A stretch of 64,000 nt of DNA from a virus. Numbering within the stretch: the stretch's first letter is position 1; each line of letters starts with the position of its first letter. The translations under genes and the position numbers were made by a program. The notes under the pieces are model-generated. The model did no database searches, was not told where the DNA came from, and saw only the letters and a program-made list of their open reading frames with translations. Shown in pieces: positions 56,743 through 64,000 of this stretch. Where the stretch lies: positions 1 through 64,000 of the IMG/VR virus record IMGVR_UViG_3300020442_000007, one strand, 5' to 3'.

Positions 56743-57709
56743 TACCGCAAATACATTTTTTAGAGCAAGGCACGTAATTAGAGGCGATCTTGATACAAAG
56801 ATTGGTATGGCGTTGCATATTACTCTTAATAGTGTAAAAAAAGCATGGAATGACTTTGAAGCAGATCATGTTGTATTTTGCTTAGAAGGACGTAGTTGGC
56901 GTAAGGATTATTACGAGCCTTACAAAAGAAATCGTACTGAAGCTAGAGATGCTTTGACAGAAGCACAACAAGAAGAAGATAAAGTATTCTGGGAAATCTT
57001 TGATGAATTTAAAGACTTCATTGGTACAAAAACTAATTGTACTATGATGCAACATCCGCAATTAGAAGCAGATGATCTTATTGCAGGTTGGATACATGCA
57101 CACCCTAAAGATAATCATGTTATCATTAGTACTGACGGTGACTTTGCACAATTGATTGCTCCTAACGTAAAGCAATATAATGGTGTCAGTAACACTATTA
57201 TTACACATGAAGGATACTTTGATGATAAAAAACGTAAGCCTGTAATAGATAAAAAAACAGGTGAGCCTAAGCCTGCTCCTAATCCTGAATTTATGTTATT
57301 TGAGAAATGTATGAGAGGCGATACTAGTGATAATGTGTTTAGTGCATATCCAGGTGTACGTAAAAAAGGCACAAAGAACAAAGTCGGCTTAATAGAAGCA
57401 TTCGCTGACAAAGATACTAAAGGATACAACTGGAATAACATGATGTTACAACGATGGGTTGATCATGATGGTAATGAGCATCGTGTATTGGACGATTACA
57501 ACCGCAATGTTACACTATGCGATTTGACTGCACAACCTAGTGACATTAGAAAAATACTTGATGATGTAATAGAAGAGCATATGATTGCAAAAGATATCAG
57601 TCAAGTAGGTATGAGATTAATGAAATTTTGTGCAAAATGGGATATGCAAAGGGTTGCAGATCAAGCTACACATTTTGCTGAACCACTAAATGCGAGGTAT
57701 CCACAATGA
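56720..57709 (+). CDS. RNase H/5'-3' flap exonuclease (T4 rnh-like)
   Basis: ILVD, YKRNR, EADD, STDGDF, GDTSDN. Confidence 0.9.
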   Translation: MSTYILVDTANTFFRARHVIRGDLDTKIGMALHITLNSVKKAWNDFEADHVVFCLEGRSWRKDYYEPYKRNRTEARDALTEAQQEEDKVFWEIFDEFKDFIGTKTNCTMMQHPQLEADDLIAGWIHAHPKDNHVIISTDGDFAQLIAPNVKQYNGVSNTIITHEGYFDDKKRKPVIDKKTGEPKPAPNPEFMLFEKCMRGDTSDNVFSAYPGVRKKGTKNKVGLIEAFADKDTKGYNWNNMMLQRWVDHDGNEHRVLDDYNRNVTLCDLTAQPSDIRKILDDVIEEHMIAKDISQVGMRLMKFCAKWDMQRVADQATHFAEPLNARYPQ

Positions 57710-58176
57710 CAATAAAAGCAAAAGAAGTTTTGAAAAATAAATTTTGGCTCGTTGAAGACGATGGTGAGAAAATTGGTACACTATCATACGACAATGAAAA
57801 ATACATGTTAAATGACAGTCATGGACAATGTCATTACTTTAATACACAAAACGCAATATCTAAAAACTTAGGAAAAATTAACTGGACTAAATTAGATATA
57901 ACAGAGACTGCACCTTCAGAAAAAATTGTACATGGTATGCCTACCAGTTGTATACCGCACAATCCTGTGTACGATGTAAAACGAAAATTACCAATGTTTA
58001 GTAAATCTAATAAATCTAAAAGCCTTTATTGTGCAGGTTATTTTATAATTAGATTTGATAAGGGTTGGGTAAAAAGTTTTTGTCCGAAGCTAATTACTAT
58101 TGAACGTTATGAAAGCAAAGGGCCTTTTAAAACTGAATTAGAAATGCGAACGGAGTTATCACGTGTCAACAAATGA
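57706..58176 (+). CDS. Hypothetical phage protein
   Basis: KSLYCAGY...FCPK motif. Confidence 0.65.
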   Translation: MTIKAKEVLKNKFWLVEDDGEKIGTLSYDNEKYMLNDSHGQCHYFNTQNAISKNLGKINWTKLDITETAPSEKIVHGMPTSCIPHNPVYDVKRKLPMFSKSNKSKSLYCAGYFIIRFDKGWVKSFCPKLITIERYESKGPFKTELEMRTELSRVNK

Positions 58177-58405
58177 ACCTTTAAATACCAGTGCAATACA
58201 AAACTTTATTCAAATGGTTAAAAGTGCAGAAGGTTCTAATGCTCCAGAGATACGTTTACCTATAGCCCAGGCTAAGAACCTTGCATATACCTTAGGTATT
58301 ACTATGGCAAGATTACATGGTGACTTAGAAAAATTTGTCAAAGAGAACAAATCCAATAATGATGAAGTTATAGAAGTAAACATGGATATGGGCGGGAAAT
58401 GGTAA
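58163..58405 (+). CDS. Hypothetical protein
   Basis: 80 aa, acidic C-terminus ending MGGKW. Confidence 0.55.
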   Translation: MSTNEPLNTSAIQNFIQMVKSAEGSNAPEIRLPIAQAKNLAYTLGITMARLHGDLEKFVKENKSNNDEVIEVNMDMGGKW

Positions 58406-58481
58406 AATTTACCATTATTAAGTACATACTTAACTAAAAAAGAGATAAATATACGTAGTTAACTAACAAGGACTATGTATA

Positions 58482-58772
58482 ATGAGTAGACCAAAACCTA
58501 ACATATTATTAGAACATGTCGATAAAAAGACATATAAGAGTGAACAAGTATTACAAGCCGATGCTATCTGGGCTGTATTTTACGAAGGTGCTCCTTTTAA
58601 TCTTAAAACACAAAATATACTTACAAGCTATCCTGGTCCAAAATATAAAAAAGTTAGTTTTAGTAATCCAGGACATGCAATTAATCTTGCAAAGAAACTA
58701 AACGACACATTTGATTGCAATAAATTTTCAGTAGTAAAACTCACTAAAGGTGAAGAAGTTACTGAATCATGA
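58482..58772 (+). CDS. Hypothetical phage protein
   Basis: MSRPKP...GPKYKKVSFSNPGHA; late box upstream. Confidence 0.65.
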   Translation: MSRPKPNILLEHVDKKTYKSEQVLQADAIWAVFYEGAPFNLKTQNILTSYPGPKYKKVSFSNPGHAINLAKKLNDTFDCNKFSVVKLTKGEEVTES

Positions 58773-59158
58773 ATTGGAAAGAAGCATACACAAAAATATT
58801 CTTGAAAGAAGTTGGTAAATCAGTAAATGAATCTACTTTACAAGAATATATGCCTGTATGGTGGCAAAATACAAGGAACAAAGATGCAGGCGGCTTACGT
58901 TTGACTGACATTGGTATTGAGTTTGTCACAGAAGAACTTAAATTAACAACATATGATGTCCCTTTCCCTCAAGACTTTAAATTGACTTCCAACGTTTTGG
59001 TTTGGCTAGATGAATTTATAGACTGTCCATATTGGATTGGATCACACGGAATGATTGTAACGAACGAAAAGAAAGCATTAGAACTGCATCTTTTTTCTGG
59101 TGATGTGAAAAAATATGGCATAAACAAAGCATTATCAAGACAAAAAAAATCAAAATAA
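58769..59158 (+). CDS. Hypothetical phage protein
   Basis: GGLRLT motif; ATGA-coupled. Confidence 0.6.
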   Translation: MNWKEAYTKIFLKEVGKSVNESTLQEYMPVWWQNTRNKDAGGLRLTDIGIEFVTEELKLTTYDVPFPQDFKLTSNVLVWLDEFIDCPYWIGSHGMIVTNEKKALELHLFSGDVKKYGINKALSRQKKSK

Positions 59159-59171
59159 TTGCAAAAAAAGG

Positions 59172-59199
59172 TTGACTTTTATTCTAAAGGTGCTATACT
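59172..59199 (+). promoter_or_regulatory. Sigma70-type promoter
   Basis: TTGACT-16-TATACT before moxR. Confidence 0.65.
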
Positions 59200-59250
59200 A
59201 TATACATACTTAGAAATTAAGTATGGCACTGAAAAAAGAAGGAGTACATT

Positions 59251-60345
59251 ATGTCAACAGAAACACTAACAAGAACCGTAAGTCCCAATAAAGCTAAGAA
59301 AAGTATTTTACGGGCTTTTAACAAAAAACGTCCAATATTTTTATGGGGACCTCCAGGTATTGGTAAATCCGAAATTGTAGGACAAATTAATGATAACGTC
59401 CTAAAAAATAGTTTCCTTATTGATATTAGATTATCACTTTGGGAACCTACAGATATTAAAGGTATTCCATACTTTGATAGTAATTTATCTTCGATGGTAT
59501 GGGCACCTCCTGCAGAACTTCCTACAGAAGAGTTTGCATCTAAGTACGATAATATTGTATTGTTCTTAGACGAAATGAATTCAGCCGCTCCGGCAGTACA
59601 AGCGGCGGCTTATCAACTTATCCTAAACAGGAGAGTTGGACAATATAAACTTCCTGACAACGTTCTGATTGTTGCGGCAGGTAACAGAGAAGCCGATAAA
59701 GGTGTCACATATAGAATGCCTGCTCCGTTAGCTAACCGTTTTGTTCATTTAGAACTTGCCGTTGATTTTGATGATTGGTTTGCATGGGCAACTGAAAACA
59801 AAATCCACAAAGACGTTGTTGGTTATTTGACTTTTGCAAAGAAAGACTTGTATGACTTTGACCCTAAAAGTCCAAGTCGATCTTTTGCAACACCTCGTTC
59901 TTGGTCATTTGTGTCCGAATTACTTGAAGACGACGATGACGAGAATACCACTACTGATTTAGTTAGTGGCGCAGTCGGCGAAGGTTTGGCTGTGAAATTT
60001 AGTGCTCACCGTAAAATTGCGTCGAGCTTGCCTAATCCAACTGACATATTGGACGGCAAAGTAACAGACTTGAACACCCAAGAAATCAGTGCCATGTATT
60101 CCTTAACGGTGTCATTATGTTACGAATTGAAAGAAGCATCAGACAAAAATGATAAAAAGTTTGATGACAAAGTCAACAACTTTTTGAAGTTCTCAATGGC
60201 AAACTTTGAAACTGAGTTAGTTGTAATGGGTATTAAACTTGCACTTACTCAGTATGGTTTACCAATTGACCCGGATGAAGTTGCATGCTTTGATGAATTC
60301 CATGAGAAATATGGAAGGTATATCACAGCCGCTCAAAAGGCGTAA
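59251..60345 (+). CDS. MoxR-like AAA+ ATPase
   Basis: GPPGIGKS, FLDEMN, AAGN, ANRF, TPRSW. Confidence 0.88.
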   Translation: MSTETLTRTVSPNKAKKSILRAFNKKRPIFLWGPPGIGKSEIVGQINDNVLKNSFLIDIRLSLWEPTDIKGIPYFDSNLSSMVWAPPAELPTEEFASKYDNIVLFLDEMNSAAPAVQAAAYQLILNRRVGQYKLPDNVLIVAAGNREADKGVTYRMPAPLANRFVHLELAVDFDDWFAWATENKIHKDVVGYLTFAKKDLYDFDPKSPSRSFATPRSWSFVSELLEDDDDENTTTDLVSGAVGEGLAVKFSAHRKIASSLPNPTDILDGKVTDLNTQEISAMYSLTVSLCYELKEASDKNDKKFDDKVNNFLKFSMANFETELVVMGIKLALTQYGLPIDPDEVACFDEFHEKYGRYITAAQKA

Positions 60346-60352
60346 CGGTGAC

Positions 60353-60392
60353 AATGAGTTTGGACGTTCTCATTCAAAAAAACGTCCTTTTT
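60353..60392 (+). terminator. Terminator-like hairpin / H-type pseudoknot after moxR
   Basis: GGACGTT/AACGTCC stem followed by TTTTT; interleaved AATGAG/CTCATT stem. Confidence 0.6.
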
Positions 60393-60395
60393 CTC

Positions 60396-60424
60396 TTGAC
60401 TTTTGACGTTAAATATAGTATTAT
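60396..60424 (+). promoter_or_regulatory. Sigma70-type promoter
   Basis: TTGACT-17-TATTAT before the VWA gene. Confidence 0.6.
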
Positions 60425-60460
60425 TAATACATAATAAGGCACTGAACAAAGGAATATATT

Positions 60461-61768
60461 ATGACAACTTGCACTACAAAGGTAACAGATGTTACAAAAA
60501 TAGGCAAAAAACATTGGCAACCTGATCCAAACATTACACAAGAAGAATTAGAAACTATGAGAGCAGACGTTATAGAACGTATTGTTGTTGCTCGTGTTGG
60601 ATTATTGCTTAGACATCCTTTTTTCGGTAACATGGCTACACGTCTACGTATTAAAGAAGCTGACGAATGGATTCCTACCGCGGCTGTAGATGGTCGTAAC
60701 TTATATTTCAATACACAATTTTTCAATGCAATGTCTAACAAAGAGATTGAATTTGTTATTGCACATGAAATATTACATTGTGTTTTTGATCATCTTACAC
60801 GTAGAGAAGATAGAGATGCTCGTATTCATAACATTGCGGCTGACTATATTGTAAACAATTTATTGGTACGTGATAGAATTGGTGAAAAACCTAAATTAAT
60901 TGACTGCTATCAAGATTTTAAATATGATGGTTGGACATCTGAAGCAGTATATGATGACATATTTGAAAAGTATGACGAAGAAGAATTAGAACAACTAGGC
61001 GAATTATTAGACGAACATGTTGACTGGGAAGGCGCAGGAGATAAACAAGGTTCAGGTCCAGGCGTAAAAACAAAATCTAAAAATGGGAAGCCTTCTTATA
61101 CTAAAGATGAGCTTAAAAAGATCCGTGATGAAATAAAAGAAAATATGATGTCTGCGGCACAAGCCGCTGGTGCAGGTAATGTTCCTGGTGAAATTGAAAG
61201 AATGATAAAGGAACTTACTGAACCTAAGATGAGCTGGCGTGAGATATTGAGACAACAAATACAGTCTACAATACGTAATGATTTTACGTTTAGTCGACCT
61301 AACAGAAAAGGTTGGCATACTGGTGCAATACTTCCAGGACTTAATTTCGATGAAACAATAGACATTGCAATTGGTATCGATATGAGTGGTTCTATTGGTA
61401 ATGATCAGGCAAAAGATTTTCTAAGTGAAGTCAAAGGAATCATGGACGAATACAAAGACTTTAATATCAAATTATGGTGTTTTGATACTAAGGTCTACAA
61501 CGAACAAGACTTTACTGCTGATAACGGAATGGATATTAGAGATTACCAAATTATGGGAGGTGGCGGCACCGAATTTGATTGTAATTGGAATTATATGAAA
61601 GAAAACGATATACGACCTAAAAAATTTATTATGTTTACAGATGGTTATCCTTGGGAGAGTTGGGGTGACGAGAACTATTGTGATACAGTATTTGTAATAC
61701 ATAGTCATCACGATAAAAACCTTGAAGCACCATTTGGACTTACTACACACTATGAACAAGCCGCATAA
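60461..61768 (+). CDS. Metallopeptidase-like plus VWA domain protein (MoxR partner)
   Basis: AHEILH, MIDAS motif IDMSGS, GGGGT, FTDG. Confidence 0.85.
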   Translation: MTTCTTKVTDVTKIGKKHWQPDPNITQEELETMRADVIERIVVARVGLLLRHPFFGNMATRLRIKEADEWIPTAAVDGRNLYFNTQFFNAMSNKEIEFVIAHEILHCVFDHLTRREDRDARIHNIAADYIVNNLLVRDRIGEKPKLIDCYQDFKYDGWTSEAVYDDIFEKYDEEELEQLGELLDEHVDWEGAGDKQGSGPGVKTKSKNGKPSYTKDELKKIRDEIKENMMSAAQAAGAGNVPGEIERMIKELTEPKMSWREILRQQIQSTIRNDFTFSRPNRKGWHTGAILPGLNFDETIDIAIGIDMSGSIGNDQAKDFLSEVKGIMDEYKDFNIKLWCFDTKVYNEQDFTADNGMDIRDYQIMGGGGTEFDCNWNYMKENDIRPKKFIMFTDGYPWESWGDENYCDTVFVIHSHHDKNLEAPFGLTTHYEQAA

Positions 61769-62042
61769 ACTTAAAGATCCCAATGCATTAAACTTTTTTA
61801 AGTTACGGAAACTTAACAGAATCCCACCACATTTTGAATTCATTTCTGTGCCATTAACTTATAATTTACAAGGAAGTATTGAGAAATGGATAATGACTAA
61901 TCTAAAAGGTAGGTACTACATCGATAAAAATATAGACGTTGATGACAGAGATTCTATCCAAAATGTCCTAAAAATTGGGTTTGAAGAGGGCAAAGAGATG
62001 AGTTATTTCACTTTAGCCTGCCCACATTTGAAATATAAGTAA
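61752..62042 (+). CDS. Hypothetical protein
   Basis: IGFE...E.SYF.L motif; start ATG 61752. Confidence 0.6.
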   Translation: MNKPHKLKDPNALNFFKLRKLNRIPPHFEFISVPLTYNLQGSIEKWIMTNLKGRYYIDKNIDVDDRDSIQNVLKIGFEEGKEMSYFTLACPHLKYK

Positions 62043-62064
62043 ATAATACGAAGGAGAAATACTT

Positions 62065-62367
62065 ATGAGCGAAGACGCAAAGATCAACGAACTAGGAGAT
62101 ATTTCCGCTGCCGCGCCAACACCAGAGCAAAATAAAGATGCTGGTAAGCCTGCAGATCCTGCTACACCTCCAGGAGAAGGAAAGACCTTAGAATTAACTG
62201 TAAACGATTTACAGTTATTACGCCAATCAATTGAAGTGGCAACATCAAGAGGTGCTTTTAAAGCAAATGAAATGTTGACTATCGGAACGGTATTTAATAA
62301 GTTAGAAACCTTTTTAAATATGGTTGCCCAGCAACAACAAAAACAAGGAGACGCAAATGGCTCTTAA
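62065..62367 (+). CDS. Hypothetical phage protein
   Basis: AGGAG RBS; IEVATSRGAFKANE. Confidence 0.65.
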   Translation: MSEDAKINELGDISAAAPTPEQNKDAGKPADPATPPGEGKTLELTVNDLQLLRQSIEVATSRGAFKANEMLTIGTVFNKLETFLNMVAQQQQKQGDANGS

Positions 62368-62974
62368 ACATGTCGGAAGACTAAAAAACAATAAAAATAA
62401 AGTTGTAGTAGCATATAGAACTGTACCTGGCGATGCCAAACATGCAGTTGTAGTAAACACTCCAGCTTTGTCCGCAGACGAACATGATTCATTGATGAAA
62501 TATGTAGAATCACAAGCAGGACAGGATGCTTATGAGTTTGCAGAAATGATGGCTAGAGCAACATTACCAGATGGTAGAAATATGTTAGCCGCATTTCATA
62601 CTACAGGAAAAATGATGAAAGTTGCAGTTGAAGAAGTAGAAATGCAACCTGATCATCAAACTGTAATGCCTTTAGATGAACTCAATCAAATGATTGCAGA
62701 ACAAAAAGGTGTAACTATTGACGAACTTGCAATCAAACCAGATGTGCCAGTAAATGAAAGCACAGAAGCAACACCAGTTGCGAGTATGCAAACAGCTGAT
62801 ATACCAACTTCACAGGACAATAATGTATTGTCAGATGCAGACTTAGCTGCACAATATCGTAGTCAGGCAGATGGTTTGTACAAAGAAGCAAAAGCTCTTA
62901 GAGCGAAAGCTGAAGAACTAGTACCGACTATTAAAAAGTCTAAAGCAAAAGCTACGTCAAGTGTCGCCGGATAA
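62357..62974 (+). CDS. Hypothetical phage protein
   Basis: Start MALKHVGR at 62357 after AGGAG. Confidence 0.65.
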   Translation: MALKHVGRLKNNKNKVVVAYRTVPGDAKHAVVVNTPALSADEHDSLMKYVESQAGQDAYEFAEMMARATLPDGRNMLAAFHTTGKMMKVAVEEVEMQPDHQTVMPLDELNQMIAEQKGVTIDELAIKPDVPVNESTEATPVASMQTADIPTSQDNNVLSDADLAAQYRSQADGLYKEAKALRAKAEELVPTIKKSKAKATSSVAG

Positions 62975-63281
62975 GACAAAACTTCCGAAGCATGTAATAG
63001 ATATATGGCCGGATGTATTTAAAGACATAGACTTAAAAGTAGTCCCAATCGACTACATACATACCATTAGGGTAGTGTTTCATGATGGCAAAATATGGGA
63101 CATAGACATACAAAAGTCTAAAGATGAAAATGGACGTAAAGTAAATGTTCAAAAAGAACTTGAAGGCATCTTTAGACAGTATGAAAAAGATATTTCCAAT
63201 GTAGATTTTAGACTAGATACTGAACGTTTGAAAAGGGACATCAAGAAAAGAACTGCTCTTTTTATGAAAAAACGAAGGTAG
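62961..63281 (+). CDS. Hypothetical phage protein
   Basis: WPDVF...P..Y...F.DGK.W motif. Confidence 0.6.
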   Translation: MSPDKTKLPKHVIDIWPDVFKDIDLKVVPIDYIHTIRVVFHDGKIWDIDIQKSKDENGRKVNVQKELEGIFRQYEKDISNVDFRLDTERLKRDIKKRTALFMKKRR

Positions 63282-63286
63282 ATCTA

Positions 63287-64000
63287 ATGAAAGCATTTGT
63301 TATACAACATGATAATCCTTTAGATTCTTGGTTTTATCGAGTAGTAACAAACTATACAAAATTAAACTTTGATTATTGTATGGCAAATCGTTTCAAAGAA
63401 AATCAAGACTGGAAATTCTTTGAATCTTATTCTCCTATTGATAATTGCATTGAAGATTTTGAATATACAATAGTTGTCAAACCAGGAGTAATTTTTCCTT
63501 ATTCTTATTTCCAACGTGAGATAGAACATAAACTTGGAAAGTACAAAATTACAAAAATCGGTCCTGCTAAAGTTTATCATTCAGATTTAAGCCTACCACA
63601 AGAGGGCACTTTACATGTGTCTTATAGATTTCCTTATATTGATCCAACAAACGAAGATACATTTGCTTCAACTCACGATCAAGGAATAGAAATGTTGTTG
63701 AAGAATTCTAACTTGTCTTATGTTGTACACAATGAAATACCAGAACCAACCTACAATTTAAATATGCCTATAAAATGGGCAATGACTGTGAGTTCTGGCT
63801 TTTATATAAATTATATTTTAGATGCCGGAGGTTTTGATACTGATACTATTATCAATCACGTTGATATAAGCAAAAGTAGTTTGGAAGTTAGAAGGTATAC
63901 GATAGATTATTGGAATGGGTTAGATTATTTAAAATGGCTTGATCATTTATATGAAAAATTTCCTCTATTGAATGTATTTAACGGAAAACAGTTTAGACGT
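63287..64000 (+). CDS. Hypothetical protein running off the window end (possible methyltransferase-like fold)
   Basis: ATG 63287 opens a stop-free frame to 64000 (MKAFVIQH...TVSSGF...NHVDISKSSL); not in the supplied track. Confidence 0.6.
   Translation, partial: MKAFVIQHDNPLDSWFYRVVTNYTKLNFDYCMANRFKENQDWKFFESYSPIDNCIEDFEYTIVVKPGVIFPYSYFQREIEHKLGKYKITKIGPAKVYHSDLSLPQEGTLHVSYRFPYIDPTNEDTFASTHDQGIEMLLKNSNLSYVVHNEIPEPTYNLNMPIKWAMTVSSGFYINYILDAGGFDTDTIINHVDISKSSLEVRRYTIDYWNGLDYLKWLDHLYEKFPLLNVFNGKQFRR

Noticed and set aside
60330-60461. Stop read-through or -1 frameshift fusing moxR to the VWA gene, stimulated by the pseudoknot
   Set aside because: An in-frame TGA follows two codons after TAA, the -1 frame stops at about 60432 before the VWA start, and there is no canonical slippery heptamer.
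532-63580. The many minus-strand ORFs in the track other than phoH (e.g. 43198..43839, 9284..9781, 63362..63580)
   Set aside because: They are antisense shadows of well-supported + strand genes, with no motifs or RBS.
1-64000. tRNA, rRNA, CRISPR array, integrase/transposase, reverse transcriptase/DGR
   Set aside because: No intergenic gap has a cloverleaf or repeat-spacer pattern that I could see, and no such protein motifs were found. tRNAscan/CRISPR tools were not run.
1-64000. Alternative genetic code (stop-codon reassignment)
   Set aside because: Conserved enzymes are full length in the standard code, and TAA, TAG and TGA all terminate genes at sensible positions.

Overview
AT-rich, gene-dense fragment of a large T4-like tailed dsDNA phage. 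It is probably marine, and the host is probably Gram-negative (spanins), possibly alphaproteobacterial (FdxA/ClpA/CCA types; inference). Almost every gene is on the + strand; phoH is the only confident minus-strand gene. Layout: tail/baseplate genes (1-10.7 kb); replication and auxiliary genes (DnaE fragment, GroES, MazG, exonuclease, clamp loader, ferredoxin, ThyX, methyltransferases, 2OG-Fe oxygenases, PhoH; 11-20 kb); lysis cassette and chaperones (21.7-27.3 kb); a ~13 kb block of putative capsid-packaged internal proteins sharing an M-K/R-hydrophobic-x-E/D-hydrophobic N-terminal leader (28.8-41.4 kb); family B DNA polymerase, sugar enzymes, sliding clamp and a 7-deazaguanine DNA-modification cluster (DpdA/TGT, QueD-like, FolE, QueE, plus glycosyltransferase, PRTase and HIT; no QueC in window; 42-56 kb); MBD4-like glycosylase, RNase H/5'-exonuclease and a MoxR-VWA pair (56-62 kb). 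Best candidate novel system: a 1184-aa multi-enzyme polyprotein (zincin, HAD phosphatase, two ParB-like domains, CCA-adding enzyme) whose modules are joined at T4 prohead-protease-like hydrophobic-x-E sites, alongside two proteins with annexin-like repeats. Other candidates: possible glycosylated or QueC-independent deazaguanine DNA modification, and two small pseudoknot-like RNA elements (folE leader; moxR-vwa spacer). All functional calls come from motif recognition by eye, not from database searches.
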